A stretch of 64,000 nucleotides of DNA from an uncultured Odoribacter sp. (GTDB taxonomy: Bacteria; Bacteroidota; Bacteroidia; Bacteroidales; Prolixibacteraceae): the NCBI GenBank assembly GCA_964422425.1, contig CAYRBM010000001.1, forward strand, positions 22,701 to 86,700. Reading direction: 5' to 3'. The position numbers and the translations under genes were made by a program. Position 1 is the first letter of the stretch, and the number at the start of each line of letters is the position of its first letter. Shown piece by piece: positions 18,623 through 28,766 of the stretch. The notes under the pieces are model-generated. The model searched no databases. It saw only the letters and a list, made by a program, of their open reading frames with translations, and was not told where the DNA came from.

Positions 18623-20167
18623 TTAGAGTTGATCGGGCCATGGAACCGGTTGCTGATTGTCTTTTCGGACTGGTCGCTGGGCATCCACACTCCGGAGATA
18701 TTTTCCCAGTTTCGAAGCCAGTTCTTTTACTTTTTGCGGTTCGCTTTGGGCCAGATTGTTTTTTTCTTCAATGTCGTTCGCAATGTTGTACAGTTCGAAT
18801 GTCTGATCTTTGTACCAGTAAATCAGTTTCCAATCGCCACTGCGGACGGTGCTTGTGGTGCCGATACCAGGTCCGGTTTCTCCCCATCTGTTCGGATAAT
18901 GCCAGAACAGGTCGCGATTGCTGGCCGTTGTTCCGGTTTGAGTCAGCATCGGGACAAAACTTTTTCCGTCCACTTTTTGCACGGTTTTGTACTTTCTGAT
19001 ACCGGCCATTTCCAGAATACTCGGGAAAAAGTCTTCGATAATCAGGTAATCGTTGCACACCGATGCCGGCTTTACTTTACCGGGCCATTTCACGATCATG
19101 GGCTCGCGGATTCCTCCTTCGTAAGCCGAGCCTTTTCCACTGCGCAAAGGAGCGTTGTGCGTGTGGAGTTGCCCGCCGCGGGCTACCGCACTAAGTCCGC
19201 CGTTGTCAGACATAAACAGGATAATGGTATTTTCGGTCAAGCCTTTTTCTTCCAGATAATTCATGAGGTCGCCCAGGCTTTTGTCCATCGATTCGATCAT
19301 CGACGCATACCGGGCTTCAGGCTCAGGTAAACCCATCGCCTTGTATTTTGGGTAAAAGCGGTGGTCGGGCTCCAGCGGTGCGTGGACGGCATAGTGCGAC
19401 ATGTACAGGTAAAACGGTTTGCTGGTGGTTCGCGATTTGTCAAGCGCCTGAATGGCTTCGCGGGTCAGCGCTTCGGTGAGGTTGATGGTATCTCCGTGGT
19501 ACTTTTCCAGGCCCGGAATTCCCCAGGGCAGGGTATAGCCGCCTTTCTCTTTGTTGCCGAAATTCTTTTCGCCCAGGTAACTTCCCGGCCCACCGGCAGC
19601 ATGTCCGGCAATGTTGATGTCGAATCCCAGGTTTCGGGGCTCCGATCCGGGAGTTTTTGTGGCGCCCCAGTGCGCCTTTCCGCAGTGAATGGTAAAATAC
19701 CCGTTGGCCCGGAGCAGTTGCGGCAGCGTGGTAGCGTAAACCGACCGGCTGATGGAATCAACCGGCTGGAGACCATTCTCATTCCATTTCGGAAAATCAA
19801 GTACTTTGTCGGCGGCATCCACCGAAGCATTTCGGTTCAGCGTCCAGTTGGTCACCCGGTGGCGGGCGGCGTTCATGCCGGTCATCAGACTGGTGCGGGT
19901 GGGCGAGCAAACGGTACACGCATAAGCCTGGGTAAACTTCATTCCCTGCGCGGCCAGACGTTCCATGTTGGGTGTTTGATACAACTGATTAAACGGTGTT
20001 TTTTGTGTCCACAACGGAACAGAAGTATCCTGCCATCCCATGTCGTCAACCAAAAAGAAGATGATATTGGGTTGTTGATAGTCCTGTTTGATTTTTTCGG
20101 AACCAAAGCCTGAGAGAGCCACAGAGGCCATCAGGCCGGCGCTGGTTAAAGTTCTAAGTTTGCTCAT
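18623..20167 (-). CDS. S1 sulfatase (Cys-type)
   Basis: PNIIFFLVDD, CSPTRTSLMTG, HYAVHAP, SDNGG, YEGGIREP. Confidence 0.9.
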   Translation of the reverse strand: MSKLRTLTSAGLMASVALSGFGSEKIKQDYQQPNIIFFLVDDMGWQDTSVPLWTQKTPFNQLYQTPNMERLAAQGMKFTQAYACTVCSPTRTSLMTGMNAARHRVTNWTLNRNASVDAADKVLDFPKWNENGLQPVDSISRSVYATTLPQLLRANGYFTIHCGKAHWGATKTPGSEPRNLGFDINIAGHAAGGPGSYLGEKNFGNKEKGGYTLPWGIPGLEKYHGDTINLTEALTREAIQALDKSRTTSKPFYLYMSHYAVHAPLEPDHRFYPKYKAMGLPEPEARYASMIESMDKSLGDLMNYLEEKGLTENTIILFMSDNGGLSAVARGGQLHTHNAPLRSGKGSAYEGGIREPMIVKWPGKVKPASVCNDYLIIEDFFPSILEMAGIRKYKTVQKVDGKSFVPMLTQTGTTASNRDLFWHYPNRWGETGPGIGTTSTVRSGDWKLIYWYKDQTFELYNIANDIEEKNNLAQSEPQKVKELASKLGKYLRSVDAQRPVRKDNQQPVPWPDQL

Positions 20168-20203
20168 TGGTATTGGTATTAGTTCAGTAAAGGTAGGTAT
20201 CTT

Positions 20204-20977
20204 TTAATCCATTTGGTAAACCCGCACCCAATCAACCACCATTTGTACCGGCAAATCGCTGTCGGTGATGCTTCCAACCCAGTTTCCGCCGAGCGCCTGA
20301 TTCAGGATCATGTAAAATTCCTGATCAAACGGCCATTGTGCCGAACCTTTGCCTTCCACCCGGGGATAGGAAAACGTTTGCTTCCCGTTGATGGTGAAAT
20401 CGAGCCGGTCGGGGTACCATTCCAGCCCGAAAACATTGAATTCGCCCGTTTTGAACGGAGTGGTGGTGTAATATTTCGGATTGTCTTTTTGTTTCTGAAT
20501 GTCCACATAGTCGGAATGCACCGTCTGGTAGAAGATGGCGTCGAAATTCAGTTGTTCCATGATGTCGATTTCGCCGCTTTTGGGCCATCCGCCGTAAACA
20601 CTTTTCTCGGGCATCATCCAGATAGCCGGCCACGAGCCTTTGCCTTTGCCCAACAGTGCACAGACTTCGATTTTCCCGTATTTGAACGAGAAATTTCCTT
20701 TCGACTGAACTCCGCCTATTTTGTACTTTTCGGTTGCAGAACCTGTCAATCGGCCTTTCAGGTAAAGTTTTCCTGATTTGACAACGGCTGTAGTGGTATC
20801 GGCCACGCAGTATCGGTTCCAGTCGGAAGTGCCGCGGGGGGTAAATGTCCATTTGGTGGCATCCGGTTTTCCGTCGGTGGTGAATTCATCGCTCCAGATC
20901 AGGTTCCAGTCGCCTGAAGTGGATTTTTCGCACGATAGCAAAAAAAGAATGACGAGTAATAGGTAAGCTTTTCTCAT
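20204..20977 (-). CDS. GH16 endo-glycosidase lipoprotein
   Basis: Lipobox LLSC, WSDEF, WPAIWM, catalytic GEIDIME, PFDQEFY, VDWVRVYQ. Confidence 0.9.
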   Translation of the reverse strand: MRKAYLLLVILFLLSCEKSTSGDWNLIWSDEFTTDGKPDATKWTFTPRGTSDWNRYCVADTTTAVVKSGKLYLKGRLTGSATEKYKIGGVQSKGNFSFKYGKIEVCALLGKGKGSWPAIWMMPEKSVYGGWPKSGEIDIMEQLNFDAIFYQTVHSDYVDIQKQKDNPKYYTTTPFKTGEFNVFGLEWYPDRLDFTINGKQTFSYPRVEGKGSAQWPFDQEFYMILNQALGGNWVGSITDSDLPVQMVVDWVRVYQMD

Positions 20978-20994
20978 AATGTTATTGGTTTACA

Positions 20995-21049
20995 GAAAAC
21001 AGATCGCGTAAAGTGAAGAAGTTTAAAGCTCCTGTGTTTACGCGATCTG
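20995..21049 (-). terminator. Terminator/stabilising hairpin downstream of susD
   Basis: cagatcgcgtaaa...tttacgcgatctg 13-bp stem followed by TTTT on the minus strand. Confidence 0.55.
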
Positions 21050-21083
21050 AATTTGGAATTGACCGTTGAATAACCGAAAGGTG

Positions 21084-23078
21084 TTATTCAGTAGCGCCGT
21101 TGTTGGCGGTTAGTGGCCATCCCGGGTTTTGGTAAATGACCGAAGTGGTTAAATCGGATGTATTGGTGGCTGTAATGATAAAGTGCTGAATGGCGATGGG
21201 TTCCAGGTAATGAGCTGTTGCCCAGCGGTAACCGTCGCGCACCAGGTTGGTTGTTGCCAGGTTGACGCGGTACGGACGCAGGTAAAGGCTTTCCGATTTT
21301 TTGGAAACGTTAGCGGTTTTACCTACAGTTCCGGCTTCAATCAGCTTCGATGTGCCGTCGGTATTTTTATACCAGTCCTGCATTGGGCCCCAAAGTTTGA
21401 ATCCTTCGATGATGTATGGAGTTGTTTTCATTTGATCGAGGGCTCTCCAGCGTTTGAGGTCGAACATGCGCATTCCTTCGGCCATTAGTTCGCAACGACG
21501 TTCGCGACGGATGTTATACAGCGTTTTGTCGCTCAGCATTTGTCCGGCCGAATAGGCACCCCAGTCGTTGAGGGCTTCTTTGGTCATATCGGTGGCATTG
21601 ATGGTTACGTTGAAATCTGGATCAACTCCGGCGCGGGTGCGAATGGCTTTCCAGTACTGGGTAGCTTTGGCATCGAGGCTTTTGTTTTTCAGGTACGAGG
21701 CCTCGATATAGTTCAGGTAAGCTTCAACAGCGCGGAAAACAATACTTCCGGTTGAACCCATGCTACCAACAGCTTGTGCAGTGATATAACCCATACCTTT
21801 TTTCAGGGCATAACCGGTTACATAGCGGGTTTCCTGCAACCCGATAATGTCGGGGTTGCCTTCCAGAATCGGTGTACCGTTCGCTTGTTTCGAATCGGTA
21901 AAGCGAAGTTCTCCGGGTATTTTCATGAACAACTGCAAACGGTTGTCGCGGTCGGTTTTAACCAGTGTCAAATCGTCGTCGCCTTTGTAGCCCGAGGCAG
22001 AAGCATAAATGGGCAGCCCGTTTTTCATCACAAAGTTGTCAACAAACCCCTTGGTAAAACCAGTGTTTCCGCCATTCTGGTTCACATAGTGGTTCACATT
22101 GTGATTGATACCTACAGTCGGATCATATTTCCGCCACAATAAAACTTCTGAGTAACCCGAAAGGTCGTCGCTGGCAAACATCTTGTGATACGGATTATTC
22201 GACGAGTCGTAGCCATTGTCTTAGGTATTGTTTACCAGCGGAACGGCGTCGGCCACCTGTGCTGAAGCATCCATCGCCTGGGTGAGGAAGTAGTTGATTT
22301 CGTTGTCGATGCTGATGCTGAAATTAGCTACTTTACCAGTTCCTGGCCATCCGGTACCTCCGGGAACAAAAGCAGTTCCCTTGTGGTAAGTTAACCAGGT
22401 TGCTTCGTGCAAAGCAACGCGCGATTTGAAAAGGAGCGCAGCGTTTTTGGTAATGCGGTTTTTACCTCCGGGAGGAGTGTTGATCAGCAGCGAGATGGCT
22501 GAATCCAAATCGGAAATAATGAACCTGGCCACTTCGTTGCGCGGGCGACGTTTGGAGGCTTCCATTAACACTTCCATTTTATCTTCCAAGGTGGTTTTCA
22601 CGATGGGGAAATCGCCAAAAGCCTGCACTTTCTTGAAATATTCGTAGGCACGCATGAAGTAAACTTCGCCAATGTAATGGTTAACGTTGGCAGTTACACC
22701 GGCAATTTTACCAGCTTTCCAGCGTGGAACAACGGTTTGTATAAAATAATTGTTATTGCGGATAGCCGAAAAGTCCCAGCTTCCACCCGATTGCGGAACC
22801 CGGTATTCGCCTGGAGTCCAGATACTCGAATACCCGCTGGTTGCCTGATTGTCGGTATGGTTGTCGATAGAGTGTGTTCCCGGGCCCCATCCGTCGTGGG
22901 TTGGAAAGCTGTATCGGGCGATGGCATACGAAGCCAGATCGGATTCGTTCCACAAATAGTCGTCGGGCGTAACGCTCGAAAGAGGTGCGCGGTCGAGGTA
23001 ATCTTCGCAACCGGCAAAGGCAAGGGCCGAAACAGCAAAGATCAGCACCAGTATTTTATTTCGAAATTTATTTTTCAT
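21084..23078 (-). pseudogene. RagB/SusD gene interrupted by one in-frame TAA (22221-22223); fragments 22221..23078 and 21084..22181
   Basis: Lipobox FAGCEDYLD and SusD N-domain in the upstream fragment, RRERRCELMAEGMRMFDLKRWR in the downstream fragment. Same frame, reading VNNT*DNGYDSSNNPYHKMF. Confidence 0.85.
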
Positions 23079-23090
23079 AGATACAACGAA

Positions 23091-26000
23091 TTAAAAATTA
23101 ACACTAAGACCACATGAATAAACCTTGGCTAATGGATAGGTTTTTCCATCGTTCCAGCCGCTGAGTGCTACCGTTTCCGGGTCAAAAATCTTGATCATGT
23201 TGGTGAGGGTCAACAGGTTTTCTCCTGAAACGAAGAACCGTGCCTTGGCAATTCCAACTTTTGACGAAATGGTATTCGGAAGGGTGTAGCCCAATTGAAG
23301 GTTTTTCAAGCGGGCATAAGCAGCACTTTGCAAATAGCGGGTTTGGGTCTGCTGATTTTTACCTGTGTTGAAATAGGGTTTCGGGAAATACGAATCGGTG
23401 TTAACATCGGCCATTCCGGCTTTCACCATCACCGAATTTTCGTCGCGGAAATAATCCATGTGACCGGTAAAACCTGCCGATTGCCACATACCGCCCGAAG
23501 CTCCCCAGAAATAGGGTCCGTTGGGCATCCAGTCGCGTTTACCAACACCCTGAATGAAAATCCGGAGGTCGAATCCTTTGTAGTCGGCTGTAATATCGGC
23601 GCTGTAGCGATAGCGCGGAGTGCTGTTACCGATAATGGTGCGGTCGCCGGTATTTCCGAGAACACCTGCCCCGCCGTCGATTTTCTTGTCGTCGTTCAGG
23701 TCGGCATACATGATGTCGCCCGCTCCCCATTTGCTTCCCAGCGAACTCTGACTAACATTGGCCAGATGTGCATCCATTTCAGCCTGGGTTTTGGCAATGC
23801 CGATGGTGGTATAACCCCATATTTCGCCCGATTTGCGGCCATTGTACCAGTTGCTGATGTTTCCGGTTGGATTCGGGTAATTGGTTACTTCCTGCTGGTC
23901 GTCGGACAATACGGCGCGAACCGAGTAGTTCACTTTGCCAATTTTGTCCTGCCATTTGGCTTCCAGCTCAAAACCGTACGATTTCATGTCGGCGTTGTTG
24001 ATCTGCGGAACGCTGGTCCCCAGAATGACCGGTAATTCAGGAGCCGGACCTACCATATCGTAAGTCATACGGTTGAAGTAGTCGAAGTTCACGTTCAGTT
24101 TATTTTGAAGCATGGCCAGATCGAAACCAACGTTCCAGCTTCTGACGCGTTCCCAGGTCAGTAATGAACTGATGATGCCCGGAGCACTCGATGTGTTGGG
24201 TTTGGCACCGCCAATCAGCCAGCTTCCGTTGCCAATCGATACCGGCATGGTTGCGTAAAACGGATACCAGTTGGACGTATTCTGGTTACCCAAATCACCA
24301 AACGATCCGCGAAGTTTGAATACCTGAATAAGGTCGCCCCACGCCCAGAAGTTTTCCTTAGCAACATTCCATCCCAACGAAACCGATGGGAACAAATTCC
24401 AGCGTTTGTCTTCCATGAAGCGTGATGTACCGTCGTAACGGGCATTTACTTCCAACAGGTAGCGTTCTTTGAAATTGTAGTTTAAACGACCGAAGAAACC
24501 GGCTGTTGCCCAATGCTGATATTGACCCGAAACAGCTGGCTTGTAGGTTGCCGAACCCGCTGCGGTATTAATGGTGGGCAAACTTGGTGTGATCAGGTTA
24601 ATGTTGGTAGCTCCAACGGTGCGGTATTTCATCAGTTCGGAGTTGAATCCGGCCATTACTTTGAAGTAGTGGGCATCATTCAGTTTGAATTCGTAATCCG
24701 AATAAATGTTCGAGGTAAAGAAATTGTCTTTGCGGTTGTATTCATAAACCGATGAATAACCGGCCGAGTTCCAGCCTACTGCCAGTGCGTAAGGGTTTTT
24801 ATTGACGTCGTACGAATAGGCCGGCAAATATTCCTGGTGGTAGTTGTTGTTGGTTACCCTGAAATTTCCTTCAGCAAAAATGTTCCAGCCTTTCAGCGGA
24901 TTGATAATGAGTTGTCCCTGCTGATAGATGTAGTCGGTCTGATCGTTGGTACGACCACCCTGCTCCAATTGGGCAATTTCAGAAGGATCGCTCCAGAATC
25001 CGTTCGGGTCTTTGGCTGGAACGGTGGGCCAGCGGCGGGCAATGTTGTGGAAGAAGAGGTCGAACTGGTGCGTTGCTTCTTCGTAGTCTTCACGGATGAA
25101 CTTGGAGTTATAATTGAACTTCACATATTTGCTGATGGTCGTGTTCAGCTTTCCGGTGATGGTATAGCGGTTGAATTCGTCGCCGGCATGGCGCGACAAA
25201 CCACCCTGATCGAGGAAATTACCCGACACGTAATAGCGGGCACTTTCGTTACCTCCGTTCAGGCTTATGGCATGTTCCTGTGCATAAGCTGAACTTTTAT
25301 ACTGTTCTTTAAACCAGTCGGTGTTGGCGTTCGAACCAGCATAATACTGCCAGCGGTCGCCATTGGTATTTGGAATGGTTCCGTAGTCAATCTCGCCGTT
25401 CTGATATTTAACGATACGGTCGATGACTTCCTGCGAGAACTTGGCAGCTTCGCCGTCGTTGGCAGCTGCTTCGTTCCAATATAAAGCAAAGGTGTACGAG
25501 TCCATCATCTTCGGAAGACCAATCGGAGCCGTCCATTTAAAATTGTTGTTGTAGTTTACGGTTGTTTTTCCCGATTTTCCGGTTTTAGTCGTGATCAGGA
25601 TTACGCCGAATGGTGCACGCGATCCGTAAATCGATGCAGCGGCGGCGTCTTTCAGTACCGAAATGCTTTCGACATCCTGAGGGTTGATGGCGTTGAGGTT
25701 GCCTTCCATCCCATCGATCAAAACCAAGGGAGAACCAGTTGATCCGGCTCCAATTGTTCCGGCACCGCGAATGTTAAAACTTAGTTGCTGATTGAGCTCC
25801 CCGCCAAGACCTGAAGTCTGAAAGTTCAATCCGGGAACAACACCCTGCAACGCCTGTCCAATGTTCTGTACCGGACGTGATTCGAGCACTTCCGAACTTA
25901 CGGTTGAAACTGATCCGGTCAGGTTTACTTTTTTCTGAGTACCGAACCCTACCACAACAACTTCGTCAACACCAACAGTTTCTTCTTCGAGTGTTACGGC

Positions 26001-26618
26001 ATAAAAACTCTGCGAGCCAATAGCTACTTCCTGGGTTTTCATTCCAACAAACGAGAGAACCAGGATTTTGGCATCGCCGGGCACCGAAAGCTTAAACTGA
26101 CCGTTGTTGTCGGTTATGACACCAGTATTGGTACCTTTTACCACAACGCTCACTCCCGGAAGGGGTGATCCGCTTCCATCTTTCACGGTTCCAGAGATGT
26201 CTTTTTTCTGCTCAGTCCGGGTTCCCGATTTAATGATGTTGGGCAACTCTTTCATGTCGGGCGATAAAATCACAATCTGCCGATCGTAGATTTTATAGCT
26301 GTTTGTAGTGCCTTCAAAAACCTGGTTCAGAATCGATTCAACCGATTCGTTGTCGGCTTTGACGGTAACTTTGCGGTTTGCATCGAGCTGTTTTTCGTTG
26401 TACAGCAAAATGAACTCGCTGTTTTCTTCAATCTCACGAAACACTTCCCTTACGGTTACACCATTCAGCCTCAGCTTGAATTTGGTTTGCTGCGAGTAGG
26501 TACTCGCGGCAGTGGTAACCATCGTAATTAAAACGAAAAATGCCAATAGTTTCATTCGCAACAAGATTTTGGAGATGCGATCCGGAGGGATGCATTTCCG
26601 CGTACGGTTTTTTTCCAT
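23091..26618 (-). CDS. SusC/RagA TonB-dependent transporter with N-terminal STN signalling extension
   Basis: STN-like N-domain, VVVVGFGTQKKVNLTGSV, VLKDAAAASIYGSRAPFGVILITTK, C-terminal SVNF. Confidence 0.95.
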   Translation of the reverse strand: MEKNRTRKCIPPDRISKILLRMKLLAFFVLITMVTTAASTYSQQTKFKLRLNGVTVREVFREIEENSEFILLYNEKQLDANRKVTVKADNESVESILNQVFEGTTNSYKIYDRQIVILSPDMKELPNIIKSGTRTEQKKDISGTVKDGSGSPLPGVSVVVKGTNTGVITDNNGQFKLSVPGDAKILVLSFVGMKTQEVAIGSQSFYAVTLEEETVGVDEVVVVGFGTQKKVNLTGSVSTVSSEVLESRPVQNIGQALQGVVPGLNFQTSGLGGELNQQLSFNIRGAGTIGAGSTGSPLVLIDGMEGNLNAINPQDVESISVLKDAAAASIYGSRAPFGVILITTKTGKSGKTTVNYNNNFKWTAPIGLPKMMDSYTFALYWNEAAANDGEAAKFSQEVIDRIVKYQNGEIDYGTIPNTNGDRWQYYAGSNANTDWFKEQYKSSAYAQEHAISLNGGNESARYYVSGNFLDQGGLSRHAGDEFNRYTITGKLNTTISKYVKFNYNSKFIREDYEEATHQFDLFFHNIARRWPTVPAKDPNGFWSDPSEIAQLEQGGRTNDQTDYIYQQGQLIINPLKGWNIFAEGNFRVTNNNYHQEYLPAYSYDVNKNPYALAVGWNSAGYSSVYEYNRKDNFFTSNIYSDYEFKLNDAHYFKVMAGFNSELMKYRTVGATNINLITPSLPTINTAAGSATYKPAVSGQYQHWATAGFFGRLNYNFKERYLLEVNARYDGTSRFMEDKRWNLFPSVSLGWNVAKENFWAWGDLIQVFKLRGSFGDLGNQNTSNWYPFYATMPVSIGNGSWLIGGAKPNTSSAPGIISSLLTWERVRSWNVGFDLAMLQNKLNVNFDYFNRMTYDMVGPAPELPVILGTSVPQINNADMKSYGFELEAKWQDKIGKVNYSVRAVLSDDQQEVTNYPNPTGNISNWYNGRKSGEIWGYTTIGIAKTQAEMDAHLANVSQSSLGSKWGAGDIMYADLNDDKKIDGGAGVLGNTGDRTIIGNSTPRYRYSADITADYKGFDLRIFIQGVGKRDWMPNGPYFWGASGGMWQSAGFTGHMDYFRDENSVMVKAGMADVNTDSYFPKPYFNTGKNQQTQTRYLQSAAYARLKNLQLGYTLPNTISSKVGIAKARFFVSGENLLTLTNMIKIFDPETVALSGWNDGKTYPLAKVYSCGLSVNF

Positions 26619-26661
26619 AAATTTGAAAAGTTTACATTAAACGTTATTGTAATCAATCATC

Positions 26662-26694
26662 AAAGTCGGTAGGTTGGCGGACTTACCGGCTTTT
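26662..26694. other. Hairpin between fecR and susC
   Basis: aaagtcggtagg...cttaccggctttt inverted repeat. Confidence 0.5.
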
Positions 26695-26699
26695 CTTTT

Positions 26700-27926
26700 T
26701 TATTTCCTCAATTGTATCTGGTTTAGTTTTTCTTCGATTCGTATTTGGTTTCCGTTGATACGGAATTCAATGTCAGCAACATCCGACAGCGCAATCATCA
26801 CCTGATCAATCGATTCTTTCAGGTCGAGTTTGCCGGTGATCAGGTCGTCGACCGAAAAACTGCGATCGAAAACAAACTGAACATTGTAGTAACGTTCGAG
26901 CTTATGCAGCACATCGTTCAGGCTTTGTTGCGAGAATTTAAACCAGCCTTCGGTCCAGGCAATGGCAAACTCTACGTCGGGTTCGTTCGCTACCGAAATA
27001 GTTTTGTTATCCTTGCTGAAACTGGCTTTCTGGCTCGGCGATAAAATGATTTCACTTCCCAGGAAACCAATGGCTGAACGTTCGGTAACGGCAACTTTCC
27101 CCTCGACGAGGATGGTTTCGGTGAGCGGATCGGATGGATAGGCCGACAGATTAAAGCGTGTACCCAGAACTTTTACTGAAATGTCGCTGGTGTTGACCCA
27201 AAAAGGCAGATTTTTGTTGTGCGCCACTTCAAAATAAGCTTCACCTTCCAGAAAAACTTCGCGCTTTTTATTCCCGAATTTGGTTGGAAAAGCCATCCGG
27301 CTTCCGGCGTTAAGCCATACTTTGGTGCCGTCTTCGAGGATTAACTGTGATTTCTTCCCGAAAGGAATAACCACTTCATTCATTTTCGAAGGGTCGGTTG
27401 CCGGGGTTTGGCTCAGATCGATGGTTTTATCGTTGTCGATCGTGATTTGCTGATCGGAACTGAGTGTGATTTTGGAGTTTTGTTTGTCGAGTTCAACTGT
27501 GGTTCCGTTCGAAAGGAGTAACTGCGACTGGTGATCGGAGCCAACCGAAGTTGAAAAAACGTACTCATTTTGATTCAGGGTCAGCAAATAAAATCCAGTT
27601 GCTCCCGTAGTTAATGCCAGGATGAAAATGGCCGCATATTTCAGCACGCTTCTGAAATTCCGGCGATATTTTTGAGCTTTAAACTGATTGTCGAACTGAT
27701 CGATGTTTTTCCAGAGTACGAGTACGTCTTCTTCACTCATCGGCTCGTGGCTGTCGCGCAACAGTTCAACAATTTTCCGGGCCTTTGCAGTTACCGCCTT
27801 AAAGTCAGGATTTTCAGCAACGAAAGCCTCCCATTGTTTGTGATTTTTCCCACGGAGAACCCAGCCCACGAATTCGCGGTTTTCGATGAGTTCTTCCAGC
27901 GACAGGTTGAGATATTCTTTTTTCAT
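26700..27926 (-). CDS. FecR-family anti-sigma factor
   Basis: Single TM, LEDGTKVWLNAGS, LEGEAYFEV, VKVLGTRFN, LERYYNV. Confidence 0.92.
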   Translation of the reverse strand: MKKEYLNLSLEELIENREFVGWVLRGKNHKQWEAFVAENPDFKAVTAKARKIVELLRDSHEPMSEEDVLVLWKNIDQFDNQFKAQKYRRNFRSVLKYAAIFILALTTGATGFYLLTLNQNEYVFSTSVGSDHQSQLLLSNGTTVELDKQNSKITLSSDQQITIDNDKTIDLSQTPATDPSKMNEVVIPFGKKSQLILEDGTKVWLNAGSRMAFPTKFGNKKREVFLEGEAYFEVAHNKNLPFWVNTSDISVKVLGTRFNLSAYPSDPLTETILVEGKVAVTERSAIGFLGSEIILSPSQKASFSKDNKTISVANEPDVEFAIAWTEGWFKFSQQSLNDVLHKLERYYNVQFVFDRSFSVDDLITGKLDLKESIDQVMIALSDVADIEFRINGNQIRIEEKLNQIQLRK

Positions 27927-28004
27927 GATGAATTCTGATGTATATTGTCATACATATAAAGGACAAAAGTAAATTTTTGTGGACTCAAAAAATCAAAAAA
28001 AAAT

Positions 28005-28607
28005 CTACAAAGTTGTAAATCGCTGATTGTAAAGAAACAACAGAGATATATTCGATTCGGCCAAATGCTCGCGAAGGGATTGCAACGCGCGAAAAACCAT
28101 TTTCCTCGCCGAATCGTACTTCATCGACATGATTTCGCAGATCTGCTCATACTCAAAATCGCAGGTAAAACGGTAATAAAGGATTTCGCGTTGCCTGGGA
28201 CTCAATTCCGAAAGTCCCTTGCGAATCAGCTCTTCTTTTCGGGTAAGCTGTTCTTTTTGAATCAGGTCGTCTTCAATGGAATAAACGATATGGGGTATTT
28301 GTTCTTCGGATACATCATCGGTCGTTTGAATCTTTCTCGGGTCGCTGATGTTTTTGAACAGCCGTCGCCGGAAAGCTTTCAGGAGATAAAAATAGATGTG
28401 GTTGGTGTTTCCGAGGTTGTCGCGGGTGCGGATGAGGTCGAAAAACAAATCCTGAATGGTGTCTTTGATCAGATCGTCGTCGGTCGAGAATTTTCTGCCG
28501 TAGCGAAACAATTGATCCACATAGTGGTAATAAATGTGCGAAAGGGCATATTTCTCGCCTTTTTTGAAATCTTCCCACAATTTGTTATCACTTATAATCT
28601 GCTGCAT
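28005..28607 (-). CDS. ECF RNA polymerase sigma-70 factor
   Basis: DTIQDLF region 2; LSPRQREILYYR...YEQICEIM region 4; upstream of fecR. Confidence 0.9.
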   Translation of the reverse strand: MQQIISDNKLWEDFKKGEKYALSHIYYHYVDQLFRYGRKFSTDDDLIKDTIQDLFFDLIRTRDNLGNTNHIYFYLLKAFRRRLFKNISDPRKIQTTDDVSEEQIPHIVYSIEDDLIQKEQLTRKEELIRKGLSELSPRQREILYYRFTCDFEYEQICEIMSMKYDSARKMVFRALQSLREHLAESNISLLFLYNQRFTTL

Positions 28608-28626
28608 CTTCCCCCAAATTCTATTT

Positions 28627-28634
28627 CAAAGGTA
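28627..28634 (-). promoter_or_regulatory. Bacteroidota -7 promoter element for the ECF sigma gene
   Basis: caaaggta = TACCTTTG on the minus strand, 20 nt upstream of the ATG. Confidence 0.55.
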
Positions 28635-28695
28635 GAACTTTTAGCAGAAAAGCAAATTATTTCGGCCGTTGGCAAGAGTCTGACAGTTAAACGGG

Positions 28696-28736
28696 AAACG
28701 ATCAGAATCTTTCACTGTGTTGGATTCTGATCGTTT
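28696..28736. terminator. Terminator ending the lyase block
   Basis: aaacgatcagaatc...gattctgatcgttt perfect 14-bp stem. Confidence 0.65.
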
Positions 28737-28766
28737 TCTGTTGATCGGTGTAATTTTAAAAATAAA

